DNA of 64,000 nucleotides, from NCBI RefSeq assembly GCF_006345805.1, contig NC_042998.1:90954001-91018000 (forward strand), read 5' to 3'. Below, in pieces: positions 1 through 14,100 of the stretch. Each line of letters starts with the position of its first letter. The stretch's first letter is position 1. Made by a program: the position numbers and the translations under genes. The DNA is from Octopus sinensis (lineage: Eukaryota). The notes below the pieces were generated by a model. The model was not told where the DNA came from and searched no databases. It was given only the letters and a program-made list of their open reading frames with translations.

Positions 1-371
1 ATATTTCTTCATTCTTTAAATGAAATAGTGGACATGAAACACTTACTTTACCTTTTTCACCCCGTGGAGTCCAAAAATACTTCAATTCTGATCAATTGCT
101 ATCCCATTACTAATTATTTTCTATACCATACTGTTACACATCACTAATAGTGTATCCACCCCACAAATATAAACACACCCATTCATAATCAATAACTTTA
201 AAAAAAAACTGTTTGCTGGTTTGGCAATGATTCTCTTATTGCTCACATTTGTCTGCTCTTTCCCCACCATGCTTTCCCTTCGATATATTTTCCAAATATG
301 TTAATTATATCCACTTAGTCTCACTCTTTATTCAATACACATTACCTTTCATTTGTTTCATCCCAACAGAT

Positions 372-600
372 TTAGACAAAAAATTTAAGCAACTTTTCCT
401 TGCAGAACTGCTCCTTTTTGGATCCTGTATACGGTTTTCTAAACAACATGCAATAATTTAAACTAAAAACCAACTTTATGTATCTTGTTCTATCACTGAG
501 CCAACAAAACTCAGAAAATATAAAACAAATCGAGTTAGTATACAGGATCCAAAAAGAAGCAGTTCTGCAAGGAAAAGTTGCTTAAATTTTTTTGTCTAGA
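372..600. repeat. ~61-bp inverted repeat (372-432 / 538-600), spacer ~105 bp
   Basis: tagacaaaaaatttaagcaacttttccttgcagaactgctcctttttggatcctgtatac is reverse-complemented at 538-600 with one substitution and a homopolymer-length difference. Confidence 0.85.
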
Positions 601-1035
601 TAAAGCAAATGAAGCAACTAGCTCAATTTTTGCTGATTGTGATAATGTTTGTTTTTGTAAACTTTTATGAAGCAATACTAAATTAAGAATATCATTTCTT
701 GTTCTCTTATTTAAATAGTCAATATATTTCTCTCTCTCTCTCTCTTTTTTTTTTATCTTACTGTGTTTTATTATGGGCAGTGTGCATGTACTTCTAGCTT
801 TCATTGCTGTCTTTCTTTATGGGATTTATATGTCCGTTTTCTGTCTCCTTTTTTAATATTTCCTGATGAGTTATGGTGTACCTGAGCACTGTCTACAATA
901 AGCTCGTTATTATTATTAAACTGTTTTTGCATTTTATAGTGATATATGTTGCAAGACATGCATAAAATTAGTACCAGCTATTTGTTTTGTTCTTATTGAA
1001 GATTAATTTCCAATGTTACTTTTTAATTTTCTCAG

Positions 1036-1200
1036 GCATCGCATGAACGGTAAAGCAACGCTGTGGAACCCTGGTTGTGACCATGCAGGTATTGCTACAC
1101 AAGTTGTGGTGGAGAAGAAAATTTTTAAAGAACAGGGTATCACTCGACATGAACTTGGTAGAGAAAACTTTCTAAAAGAAGTATGGAAATGGAAAAATGA
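1036..1200 (+). CDS. VARS1: VARS exon w1 ([22 protein letters not shown]...WKWKNE)
   Basis: ctcag|G acceptor, GA|gtaagg donor; ValRS motif. Confidence 0.95.
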
Positions 1201-4200
1201 GTAAGGAACATTTTGTCATCATGTGTTTTCTCTCAGTAATTGGAAGACATATTGTGAAGAATAGCAGTTAAAGATATATTCTATAATGTAATATAAGACA
1301 GTAATGTATGTTTATGGAAGCATCTTTAAGTTAGCATTACATTTTTGACTCAGTTGGTAGACTAGGCAAAAGAAAAAGAAGAAAATTGTAAAAGTAACAG
1401 TTTCTAATTTTATAAATGGATGGAAGTAATACTGCATAAAAGCATCTGAGAATGCATCTAGTTATTAAAATTCATTATTTTCACTATTCTCCACTTAAGC
1501 CATTTTCTAATGTGTCATATTTGATTTCTCTAAATATAGTCAATACGTTAATTTATTTAATATACCATCTATATTTAGAAAAATCAAAGTTAAAATAACT
1601 GTCATTATTGAACTGTTGTTTGGAATATAAATTAACATGTAATTTTAATGGCAGTTTTAATTTAGAATCAATGACAAAAAAGGGAATTTGTAATATAGAA
1701 CTAAGGGCTAGTTCAGGTGGATTGGCATCAAAAGGGTTAATGAAGCTCAATCTATAGTATTCTTTAGCTCCACTCACAGACAATTCTGTTACAACTAAAT
1801 ATACCCCTTGAAGTTACCAAAAAATTGTCTTTACTGCTTAGTTTAGAAATACCATATTTCTGCTCAAATGCCTTGCTTTTGTTTCAATTAATTTTGGTAC
1901 CTCACAGCAGAAGTGTTAAGACTGATTCTGCTGGTGGTGTAAAGCACTTGCAGTAGTTCCACGTAAAAGTACCCATGTGGCATCACATAAAAGTGCCCTT
2001 GCAGTAGTGCCATGTAAAAGCACCCATGTGGCGTCACATAATAGTGCCCTTGCGGTGCCCTGTAAAAGTGCCCATGTGATGCTATGTAAAAGCGTCCATG
2101 TGCCACGTAAAAGTGCACATGTGGCATCATGTAAAAGCACCCAGTACACTCTGTAAAGTGGTTGGCATTAGGAAGAGCATCCAGCTGTAGAAACCATGCA
2201 AAATCAGACTGGAGTCTGGTGCAGCTCCTCAGCTTGCCAACTCTGGTCATACTGTCCAACCTATGCCAGCATGAACAATGGGCATTAAATGATGTTGTTG
2301 ATGATGATAATGATGAATTTATTAATAATTTTGTTTGGTGTTTGGAACTTAAAATAACATAGAATTTTGATGAAAGATTTTAATTTGTATCACTTTAAAA
2401 CAAGAATCTTGTATTATAGAACTAGGGGTAGTCTCAGGTAGGCTGGTGTCAAAAGGGTTAAATGGCTTTCTATTCAAATTTATTTTTAGTAGCTGTTTGT
2501 GCCTCAAGTATACTTATATATATGTATTGTATTTGTGTGTGTTTATGTATGCACATATTTGTATGTTATATGTGTGTGTGTATATATATACTCTTACATA
2601 TGTCTTGAATGGTTTTTTTTTTGATTCCTTAAGGAAAGGAGACAGAATTTATCACCAGCTGCGGATGTTGGGTAGCTCTCTGGATTGGGACCGCGCTTGT
2701 TTTACCATGGACCCTGTAAGCTCTTATATTTGCCAATATTTTATTTATAACATCAATACTTCAGATTGAAAAATTAAATCACTCAGAAGAGCCTTGCTAT
2801 TCATTTTTGGTTATATCAAGTCTGTAGCAGATATTGACATTAATTCTTGAAACATGTTTGTGATCAGAACGATAACCAAATTTCCACATAACTGAAAGTA
2901 TAACCTAGTTTTAGGCTATTGAAAATGAGACATATAGAATATTTGAACCTTCTGTACCAGGCTGTAAAGTATGTAAACATTTGACTTACAACACTGTTTC
3001 TTGTGATGTGGTGGTGATGGAGAGAGGGGAGGCCACATACCCTCTAAAAGGAAGCTGTGAGAATTTAAAAGGCAACAATCAAATTGCCATATTAATGAAA
3101 TTAAGATGCCCTATTATTCAGAGCCATAGTTCTAAGAAATCAAGAGCATGTAGAGAGAATAATTATATAGTAGCACATTCAATTTTGTCTCATAAAGAAA
3201 GAAAGGCAAAAAAATTTCACTATTTTCATGATGGGAGCTGGTCCTATAAATAAGTGGTTAGATTGAGAGCCATTTATTTATAGGACATTTTATTTAATCT
3301 CAATAAGAGAGTTGGATTAACAGAGTCATTAGATTATTGGAAAAAATACCTTGCATACTTAGTCCTGTCCTATTACATTTTGGGGTGGACTTTGTCTTTC
3401 GTCCTTATGGGATGAGCTTCATATTAACTACACCCATCCCTCAAATTTGTGGCCATGTTCTTATGTTAAAAATCTTTATTAATTGAGAAAGAAATGGAAT
3501 TGCAAAATTAGTGGAACATTAGACAAAATGCCTTGTGGTATTTAAAGTCACTTTACATTTATAGTTCAATTTCCTCTGAGGTCAACATTGCACTTCATCC
3601 CTTTGAAATAAGTATAAATTAAATTTATAGTTGAATTAACTATATTCTTCTCCATAAATCTGGTATTGTGATTGTATTAGAAATCATTAATATAACAAAG
3701 AAGGAAAGCCTGGTGAATTTATTCATTGGAAACCTTCTGAGAGTAGAAGAAGAAATGAGTTTTGGTTGACTTTCTGCATGTATCAATAATTTCCTTCAAC
3801 TTCTATAAGTAAAGAAATAGTATATTGAAATAGTTGCTTTTATAACTAAAATAAAGTAAAAAATATATTGTATACTATAAAGATTTCAGCAAAATTATAT
3901 GCAACATATAGTGGAATGTACATCCCATTGTGTACTGTGTTAAGACAGACAAAGACTTCAGTAATTGGGTAGAAGGAACAGTAGTTAAAAATTACTTCAC
4001 TTCATGAAAAGGTTTGTAAGTAGTAAAAGAATTGTTTTCCTTATAATTTAATAAGGCTTTATATGGGATTTTTATCAATAGATTTAAGATGAAATGTCAT
4101 ATGCATAATCATATGTTTTGGAATCTGACTGTTAGGAATGCAACTTCACTATCAACCTAATTTAGAGGCTGAAAAATAGGAGTGTTCATTTTGAACTTCA

Positions 4201-7200
4201 AGAGAAGATTTTGTTGAAGGCCATATCATATAATGGAATTAAAAGGCTATGTTCCTTTGTCTTGGTATCATGTGCTAATTGTAAACAAAACATCTCTGTC
4301 ATACAGTCAGTGTTCTTTGTTTGCAATCTTCTGCAAAAACATATCCAGACAAGGTGGAAAATATTATCTTGCATGGAAACAGATGGTAAGTGACAAGTGG
4401 AGTATCCAGTCATAGAAAATCTGCTTCACTGAATCCCATCTGACTTATGTAAGCATGGAAAAGTATAAGTTAAAATAATGATGATGAAGAGGAGGAGGAG
4501 TGTGTGTGTTTGTGAGTATATTTTATAAATGGTTAGAGTTATGCTTCACTAAGAGCTGTTTAATAATAAAATTGTCTTTAATGTGAAAATTAAATTGAGC
4601 ATAAATTCTTCCTGGAAGTAATGAAAGCTCTTATAAATCACCAAAATGTTCTATAATTCCTTGGTTGTGATTTTGACTTGTCAAAAGAACCTGTCTTGTT
4701 CTTTGTAGTGGCTAACTGAATTGTGTCAAAAATGGGTGGGTATCATGTATTAGCTTATGACCTTTGAACATTGGGCCTTACCGAGGCAATGACTAGTGAT
4801 CAAGATCTTTGGAGATATGCTGTGCTTGAGAAGATCCAAGTGAGATCATAACCCATGGCCTATGCCAGTATAACCTGCCCACTTATGAGCACCCCTCATT
4901 CATTGGACAATAAACCTTGCTTGCAAAGACCTGTTGAGGCAAGTGAAATCAAAATCAAAATCACTGATGTGGCCGATGACAGGACTGCCTGATTGGCAGT
5001 TAAAAGCACATCCAAGTGTGATCGTTGCCAGGGCCACAGATTGGCTCCCGTGCAGGTAGCATGTAAAAAACATCTTTGGAGCATGGTCGTTGCTAGAACT
5101 GCCTGACTGGCCCTTGTGCCAGTGGCATGTAAAAGCACCCACTATACTCTCAGAGTGGTTGGCGTTAGAAAGGGCATCAAGCTGTACAAACTTTGCCAGA
5201 TCAGATTGAGCTTGGTGCAGGCAACCTCCTGGCTCACCAGTCCTCAGTCAAACCATCCAACCCATGCCAGCATGGAAAGCAGACTTTAAACGATGACAAT
5301 GATGATGAAATTTTAACTTAAATTTGATTATTTATTGTTAATCAATTCAAATCATTGTAGTTCTCAAAATAAGTATCTGAGCTCAGTGTATTATTTTTGT
5401 TTCTTGTAACACATTCAGTTCTTGAAGTTGCATATTATACTTACGTAACATTTTACTTTTTCTTCTTTTTTTTTTTCAAGTTCCATCATATTGCTTTTCT
5501 TTCTATTTCTAGAAATTGTGCCGTGCTGTCACTGAAGCCTTTGTCCGTTTGCATCAAAAGAAATTGATTTATCGCAGTGTCAGACTTGTAAATTGGTCTT
5601 GTTCTTTGAATTCTGCTATTTCAGATATTGAGGTACATTTCTACTTTTTAATTATTTTGTAATAACATATTCTTATGGTGACTATATGGAGAGATTTGGC
5701 ATTTGTTGCATAGAAACATATTTTATGTTTTTTTCTTCAAGTATGTTCTAAAACGAAAGTGTGTGGCCTAGTGGGTAGTGTATTGCACTTGTGATTGTAA
5801 GATTGTAATTTCAGTTCCTGAACTGGGTCGTGTATTATGTTCTTGAGCAGAAAGCTTCATTTCACATTGTTCCAGTATAGTCAGTTGTAAATGAGTTCGA
5901 ATAAAAGCTGGGAAGCTAACCCTGCAACAGACTGGTGTCTCATTCAGTGGTGAATGTTGTAATCTCAGTCATTTATATACCATGGAAACCATGTCAAACT
6001 CTGCCTTTATGAGTCCTAAGACTGATGACAGACCTAAGTCTAACCCTATGTTCTACATTGTATCTGTTTTCATTTTGTCACAGATACTGCCTCCTGGCAT
6101 GAGAACCGAGATGAAATGCTTAGTTATTGCTCAACTGAAAATTAGAGTTAATCTTCTTAATAATAATTGAGCTTTTAAAAATAAGAAATTCACTGAAATC
6201 TAAAACTTCAACAATAAGCAAATATCCAAATTTAAAAATATAAAATGAAGGTAAATTTTAAATTTGCTTTCACAGAAATCATCAAAAGATGAACTTTTCA
6301 TTTCTTTGTAATGATTGATACAAGGGAAAACATTCAATGTTCTTTTTACTTTTTCATCAGGAGTATTTGCATGTAATTAGATGGACAATTTCCTTTATTG
6401 AATATTTATTGTGTTATTTATTTTAAATATATTTCCAGGTAGATAAAAAAGAAATAAGTGGACGTACTTTCCTTGCTGTACCTAACTATAAAGACAAAGT
6501 TGAATTTGGAGTTCTTGTCTCATTTGCCTATCCTGTAGTAGACTCAGGTAAGGATGATGTTCTGAACATTACTGTTTTGTTTGATAAATTTAACATCTAT
6601 TTGGGGCATATTTCTTTATTTATACTTTATTATCTCCTTCCTACTCTATTAAGTTTTCCTTTAAGTAAGATTGGAGTTGTTGGCAGCAAGACAGGCTGCA
6701 TGAAGTTGCAGAGCAATGTGATTGCTATTCAACAAATTTTGCCTTATTTTCTGTTTACTAAATGTCTTAGTCGGACATTTTAAGCTGCTTTTGCAGTCCT
6801 CTGGATCTACAGTTCTGAATGTTTCCCTTTCCTAACATTGAAGAAAATATGATTGGTTTTACTTGGTCTCCCTTTTTTTCTTCCAATTAAAATATTAATT
6901 TAATATTTGTCACATACAGAAAGGGGAAACCCACCTATTTAAGTAAAACAATTAAAAAGGAACAAACCTTCAAACCATCAGACATTTTAGGAAATGTATT
7001 CATTGTCCAATGTAGCCTTTCTTTTTTTTTGTCTTAAGATGGTTGAGGGACATTTCTTGTAGGCCTAATGACCACATAAAGGTTCTCTCATTAGCTCATC
7101 CCCATCTTACTCCTATTTGCATATAATGATGTCTTTAAATAAGTCTGGGCCTCAAAATGAGAAATAAGAAATAGTGAAATTTTTACCCCCACTTCTCCCT

Positions 7201-8490
7201 TTATATTATTGAGAAGACAAAAAGTTTTGCAACTATATAATTCCTCTTTCTTTGCTATGGTATTTAGACAAGTTTTAAAAAGATTTCAAAACCATCTAAT
7301 TTTATTAACCATGGAAATATGTCTACCTCATTTCTCTGACTCCTTTCCGTAAGAAATACTGCTTTGAACTATCTACTGAATTAATTTTCCTTTTGTTCTA
7401 ATTTATGATTTTTAATTTAATTTAACTGATGAACATAGATGAAAAAATAATTGTTGCTACAACACGTGTTGAAACAATGCTGGGAGACACAGCAGTTGCT
7501 GTCCACCCTGATGATGAACGTTACAAACACCTTCATGGGAAATTTGTCCAGCATCCATTTCTTGAAAGACGCCTTCCAATTGTATGTGATGACTTTGTTG
7601 ATCGAGAGTTCGGAACAGGTGAGTTTGTTGCTGTTTGACTTGAGAACATATTACCTCAATTCTACTGGACAGCATATTACATTTGAATATGTAATTTACT
7701 AAAATCTTGGTAGATGATATAATTTGTATTGAAATTGTGTTCATATATAACAACATGATTATTCCTAGAATATATTGTAAGAAATGTTCACTGGTCATTC
7801 TCAGATATATATATATATATATATATATATACTACAAAATTAGAGAATGGAGAAATATACTTAAATCAGTAAAACATCAACTATCCGATGATACTCAATC
7901 CATACTTTAATACACCATTACATATGAGTAAAGGCAATACATAAAATGAAATGAGATATACAGTAATAGTAAAAAGATAAAGAGATATAAGTAAAAAATT
8001 TTCAAATATAATATGCAAATAAATCAAAACTGACAGCTGTTTCGGCAGTGAGGACAGTCATACCTCATTTAACCTATAAGCCATAAAGGCAGGTATAAAT
8101 GAGGCATTAACAAGGATGCCCACGGCCTCTTCAGAGAATTAAATTAAATTTGTTATAATAGTGAAAAATATTATACAATCATATACATATAAATATAAAA
8201 TATAAAAATGTAAAATATAAAAACTTATACATCATAAAGCTACACTTATATAATATAATACACATTTGTACAAAAAAGGAAGGTAAACAGAACAAAATAA
8301 AACAAAAATATAATAGTGTATATATTAATATCAATAAGTACCGATATTATACATATTTGGCTAATAGTTTTTGTTATATATATAAAAAAAAGAAAAAAAA
8401 AGGGTAACATATATGGAGATGAAAAATAATAATTAAATCCGTGGTACAGTTCATAAGATTCTAAAGCTATAAAAGTTAATAAAAATTACT

Positions 8491-8525
<35 letters not shown>

Positions 8526-11031
8526 AAAAATATAATAAAAAATAGATACAGTTAAGTTAGCACCAAGTCCATCCTTACAAGATCGAAATAACTATGAGTT
8601 AAGAAATGCTGACCACTAGGTAAAGAAAATATAGATTAATTCGATTGGCTATTGGTTTGAAATTTAAATCACAAAAGAAAATTATACGGTTGGTTAGTCA
8701 GGGAACGCCAATATTCACACACGCATCTACAGATCAATCGCACATACACACATAGTAATATGTATATGCATACACTTATACACATACATAATTACAAGCA
8801 ACAACTAGCACATAGATAAACAAAAAGGGAAGCAACTATGCTACAATATAGTCCTTTAAAATTATAATTGTGCCTCAATAATAAAAGAAGAACCATCCAT
8901 GCATTACATAAAATATTTAATTTAGATATAAATATATTTTTAAATATCAGTATGTTACTAAGTCAGATACTTATTTCATGGGTAACTTAAAATTTATAAC
9001 ACCGGTTTGTTGCAGAGTAAACATACGGTTGTTAGATTTATCGTAAATTTGTTATGGTTTTAAGTACGCTAAATTATAAAATATAAAATATAAAATATAT
9101 ATTAATTTAAATATTATAAATAAGTCACTTATTAACTTAATAAATATAGTGCCATAATATACCAGTTTAGGCATTAAAGAATAGAAGGGGAAGTATTAAC
9201 GCTTATGAGAACATCACAGAAATTTTAAATAAATTTTATATTATAAAGACTTAAGATGAAAAGAGATAAAATAAATAAGAAGGAATAAATACGAAGGAAT
9301 AAATACGGTATATACATAATTATAAGTACAAACCAGTATATATGTATTCATATATTATTAAAATTAAATAAAAATAAATGATAGATAGTATGTATATAAA
9401 ACTACCCCAGTATAAGTAAATAAGTAAAAATAAATAGGTAGCAAATTAGATGACTAGATATGTATGTAAACATCTACACTTAAATAGGCAAATAAATAAA
9501 TAAATAGAAGACTAGATGCAAAAATTGATAATATTACAATAAAATGGAAAATAAATAAAAAATAATAAATAGAGTGAATATATGTTATATTGTTGAAAGT
9601 AAATATGTATGGAAGGATAGTTTAAAGTACAGATCCAGAAGACTATAGATATAAACTAAATATATGAGGCTGGTAATAATTATAAAGCATAATGCATGTA
9701 AATGAGAAAATGAAAAAAATGAAAAAGGTTTATCAGTGAATAGCATAAGATACAAATTAAGGTGAGTACAAAAAGACCAAATATACAATAAAAACCTTCC
9801 AAATAAAAACATACAAAAAACCTATAATCTCAACCAAACCCACCAAACTCACAAAAGGCTCTCATATATTACATATTATACAATATCATTACATTATCCA
9901 GAGCTAGGTATCTACCCAAGATATATATATATACTATGCAATATGCTATGCAATATTGGAAAACTTCAAAAATCACACATTACAAGGCAAGTACCAAAAT
10001 GAATATGTTATTTTATGTCATATTGCAATTCTCTTAAAAAACAAACAAAAACCCACATACAAAAAACAAGAAACCAATAATACTAGACACATCCATTAAT
10101 TATTATACAAATGTAGCTATAAAAATTATAAAATTATAAAATATATAAATTGTATACTTTAGAAATTATAGAAGACCACAGGTATATTTAGTTAAAGAAG
10201 GGAGTTAAAAAATTAATAATAGTGGAAGTGCTAAGTTCTATTTGAATCTAGAAAAGGTGAACGGTAGCCTATGAATACAAAAGAAGTTTTTTTCATTAAT
10301 GTTGTTAATAATTTGCCGACCCGCTTTAATAATGAAGAAAATTTCATTAATACATAGAGAGCATTTTTTATTTTTTCCATTATACACAGGTGCTGAAGTT
10401 AGTATTTTCCAGTTTAATCTAAAATCTAAGTTCTTATTTTTAAGCTCCCAAATGTATGCACTTAGCCCTGTAGAGTACATTCTATTTTTATTCCTAAAAG
10501 TATATCTGTGATAATTCCATCTTTGTTTTATGCTATTCATAGTTGCCCCGATATACACCCTACTACTCAATTGTGTATCTACAGTGCATTGGTAAACTAC
10601 CTCCTTCCTGAGGCATTGATTACCAAATACACATTTATTTTTATTTCTGCAATTACAAAGATTAACAGAATGAGGAAATCTAAAATTGGACAACACCCCT
10701 ATACTACTATTCACATTATAAGTGTTACAATTGTTATCATCATCCAAACCCAAAATCAACGAATGAGTTAATTTCACATTATCGGCTATATTCCTATCTG
10801 AGTATCATCGGATAGTTGATGTTTTACTGATTTAAGTATATTTCTCCATTCTCTAATTTTGTAGTATTAATTTACGGTATTATTATTACCTTTACCCATA
10901 TAATGCAATAGATGAACTGATTGTTTGACAATTTTTAACATCTATGTATTAATTTTGTTGGGTACCTATCTAGCAGTATATTGGATATATATTATCCCAT
11001 GGTGGGTTGAATTTTCAACCCCTTTCTCATT

Positions 11032-11102
<71 letters not shown>

Positions 11103-14100
11103 TTATGTAAAAGGTGTAGGTATGGTTGTGTGGTTAAGAAGTCTGCTTCAGAGACCTGTGGTCAGGGGATCAGTTCCATTGTATGGTTGTTGTTGGCCAA
11201 TATCCTACATGATAGTTGTGGTTTGACCAGTATCTTGTGAGAGCAATAGGTAGATTGTAACTGAAGAAGCCTATTTTATATATGTATATATATTCATTGT
11301 TGGTGACATGTTTTCTCCATGAGATGTCCATGATGAAATGAAAGCATCTCTGGTGAAAGTGTTCCAGCTGTTTAACCTGCTTCCTGTAGAGCATCCAAGC
11401 TTCTGACCCATAGAGGAGAATAGTGATGACAACTGTCTTGTAGACTCTGATTCTGGTGGACAGATGCAGTGATTTATTCTGCCATATACTCTTCTGTAGA
11501 CATCCTAAGGAGGTATTGGCTTTGATATTGCAGTTGTCAACTTCCTTTTCACAGGTTGCTTCATTAGAAATGACACTCCCCAGAGTAGTGTTTCACTGCA
11601 TTGAGGGAGTGTCTTTTGATGCCGATTTGTGGTAGTTGGTTTGTGGTTTCTGGAACAGCACTTCAGTTTTCTTCAGACTAATGGTGAGGCCAAAGGCTTT
11701 GGCTGTCTTAGCTAAGCTAGACATGACTGTTTGAAGGGCCATACATGTGTATGCTAGATGTGCACAGTCATCTGCAAACAGCATGACAAGAACAAGTTTC
11801 TCTTAAACTTTCATGCAAGCAAGAATTCAACTAAGGCTGAATATGTTACCATCACTGCAGAAAAATTCATAAGTATTTGTGTGTGATGTGTGTGTTTAAT
11901 ACACACACACACACACACATACATGCATACATGTGTGTGTGTGTGTACATACATTCATTCATTCATTCATTCACAGTCCAGCAAAAAAACGACTGGTAGA
12001 TTAATTATCAGACTTAAAATTAGTGTTGTGGGTGATTTGATTGATTACCCCAACATGGCTCCAATCTAATGACTGAAACAAATAAATGAATGAGTTCCTT
12101 TCTGTTTTTATTGTAATATTTATTAACTTTATTACTATCTGAAATATTGTTATGTTTTGCATATATAGAAGATATGTATAGGGGTTCATACTGAAATATC
12201 ATTTGATATATACATCCCTTCAGGTGCTGTAAAAATCACACCAGCCCATGATCACAATGATTATGAAGTTGGTAAACGACACAGTCTCCCATTTGTGACC
12301 ATTATAGACGAAGAAGGAAACATAACAAATGATTGTGGACAATTTTCAGTAAGATATTTTCTTATCTTTTAATTTCTTTATGATATGGTTTATATTACAA
12401 ACACAGACATAGTTGTTAAAGAGTTTTCTTCACAGCCACATGGTTTCAAGTTTAGGAACACTGTACAGCATCTTGGGTAAGTGTCTTCTATTATAGCCCT
12501 GTGCTGACCAATGTCAGAGAATTTGTTCAGACTGCATGAAGCCCATTGTGAGTGAGTATGTATACATATGTATAATGTAAGAGGCTTGGAGATGCAAAGA
12601 AAGAGGCTTGGAGATGCCATTATGAAAGACTGCTGAACATGGAGAATGAATGGGAGGAGGAGAGTCTGGTACCCTGATAGATAAAGCAATTAAGGATATG
12701 AAGATGGGAAAGCACCTGCCCCATCAGGAATCACTGCTGAGATGCTTAAAATATCTGGTGGTGTGGGTTATGGTCTAGTCACCCACATCGTAAATCAAGT
12801 AGTTCATGAAGGAGTCATACCCAATGACTGGTGTAGCACCTTTACAAAGGTAAAGGGAATGCTTTAGATAGAAATAGCTACAGGGGTATCAGATGATGAA
12901 AGTTACGGAGAGGGTCATGCCCAACTAATTAGGTAGAGATGCAGTTTGGTTTTGTGCCAGGTAGAAGCACCACTGATGCTATATTTCTGGTAAGACAACT
13001 GTAGGAGAAATACCTGGCCAAAGATAAACCTCTGTACTTGACTTTTGTTGACTTGGAGAAAGCCTTTGACAGGGTCCTCCGATTCCTTATCTGGTGGTCA
13101 ATATGGAAATTAGGGATAGATGAGTAGTTGGTAAAAACTGTACAAGCCCTGTACAGGGATGATGTCAGTAATGTGAGGATTGGCAATGAGTATAGTGAAG
13201 AATTCTGAGTAGAAGTAGGGGTGGGGTTCACACTTGGCCCCCACTTATTCATCATAGTCCTCCAGGCAATAACAGAAGAATTCAAGATTGGCTGCCCCTA
13301 AGAGCTCTGCTATGCTGATGACCTTGCTCTAATAGCTGAGTCACTACCAGAATTAGAGATGAAGTTTAGGGTGTGGAAGTAAGGTCTAGAATCGAAGGGC
13401 CTTAGAGTTAACCTAGCAAAAACCAAAGTCCTAGTAAGTAGGAAGGCAGACATATCACAAACCTCTTCAGGCAGATGACCCTGCTTGATCTGTAGAAAAG
13501 GTGTAGGTAGAAACTCTATAAGATGTACCCACTGTAAACTATGGATGCATAAAAGGTGCAGCAATATCAAAGGAAGGTTAACCGGGAGAATAGTTTTTGT
13601 GTGTAGCAGATGCACAGGGACAATAAACACTGAAGATATATAGAAAACAGATTCCATCACATGCCAGGGGAAAAACTAGAAGTAATTGATAGCTTCTGCT
13701 ACCTAGGCAACCAAGTCTGTAGTGGGGGTGGATGCTCTGAGCAACATTGTTAACTCAGTTGTCTCCATTTTTTTCTCATTCCTTCTAATATTGCCAATAT
13801 TACAAGATTAATTGTAACAATTGTTTAAAGTATTTGAGTTATCTTTAACATCTAGAGCAGTGGTTCCCAAACGTGTACCACTAGTGGTAGGTGAGGGCTT
13901 TCCAGGTGATGCGTGAGAACTTTTGGGGTAATATGCGATTCTTAGTTTGTGCCGTTTCCAATATTCGGCCAGCATGTGATTATTAATGTTTTCTAAATCA
14001 ATCAACCAGTAATCAGTACTTTTCGATTACTGACATACCATTGGTTACCTTTTATTTGCTCTTTGTACAGTGATCAGCAATGTCTAACCAATGCATGTGA

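Larger units (their letters stand above)
7829..10867. repeat. Perfect 69-bp inverted repeat (7829-7897 / 10799-10867)
   Basis: atactacaaaattagagaatggagaaatatacttaaatcagtaaaacatcaactatccgatgatactca matches its exact reverse complement at 10799-10867. Confidence 0.95.
7831..11036 (-). mobile_element. RT-less (5'-truncated) Penelope-like element in VARS intron w5-w6, bounded by (TA)n tracts
   Basis: GIY-YIG ORF (10238-10777), hammerhead motif (8032-8134), 69-bp inverted repeat, abrupt A-rich composition, (TA)n at 7805-7830 and ~11035-11082. Confidence 0.8.

Noticed and set aside
1950-2160. Short repeats superficially like a CRISPR array
   Set aside because: Tandem degenerate units without unique spacers, in eukaryotic DNA; no CRISPR present.
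1888-2259. 123-aa ORF with repeating HG(C/H)FY units
   Set aside because: Translation of the ~21-bp minisatellite inside repeat family B, on the antisense strand; no evidence of coding.
7900-10230. Very AT-rich, strand-biased stretch resembling a mitochondrial control region (NUMT)
   Set aside because: No mitochondrial gene or tRNA recognisable; better explained as the 3' region of the GIY-YIG/hammerhead element.
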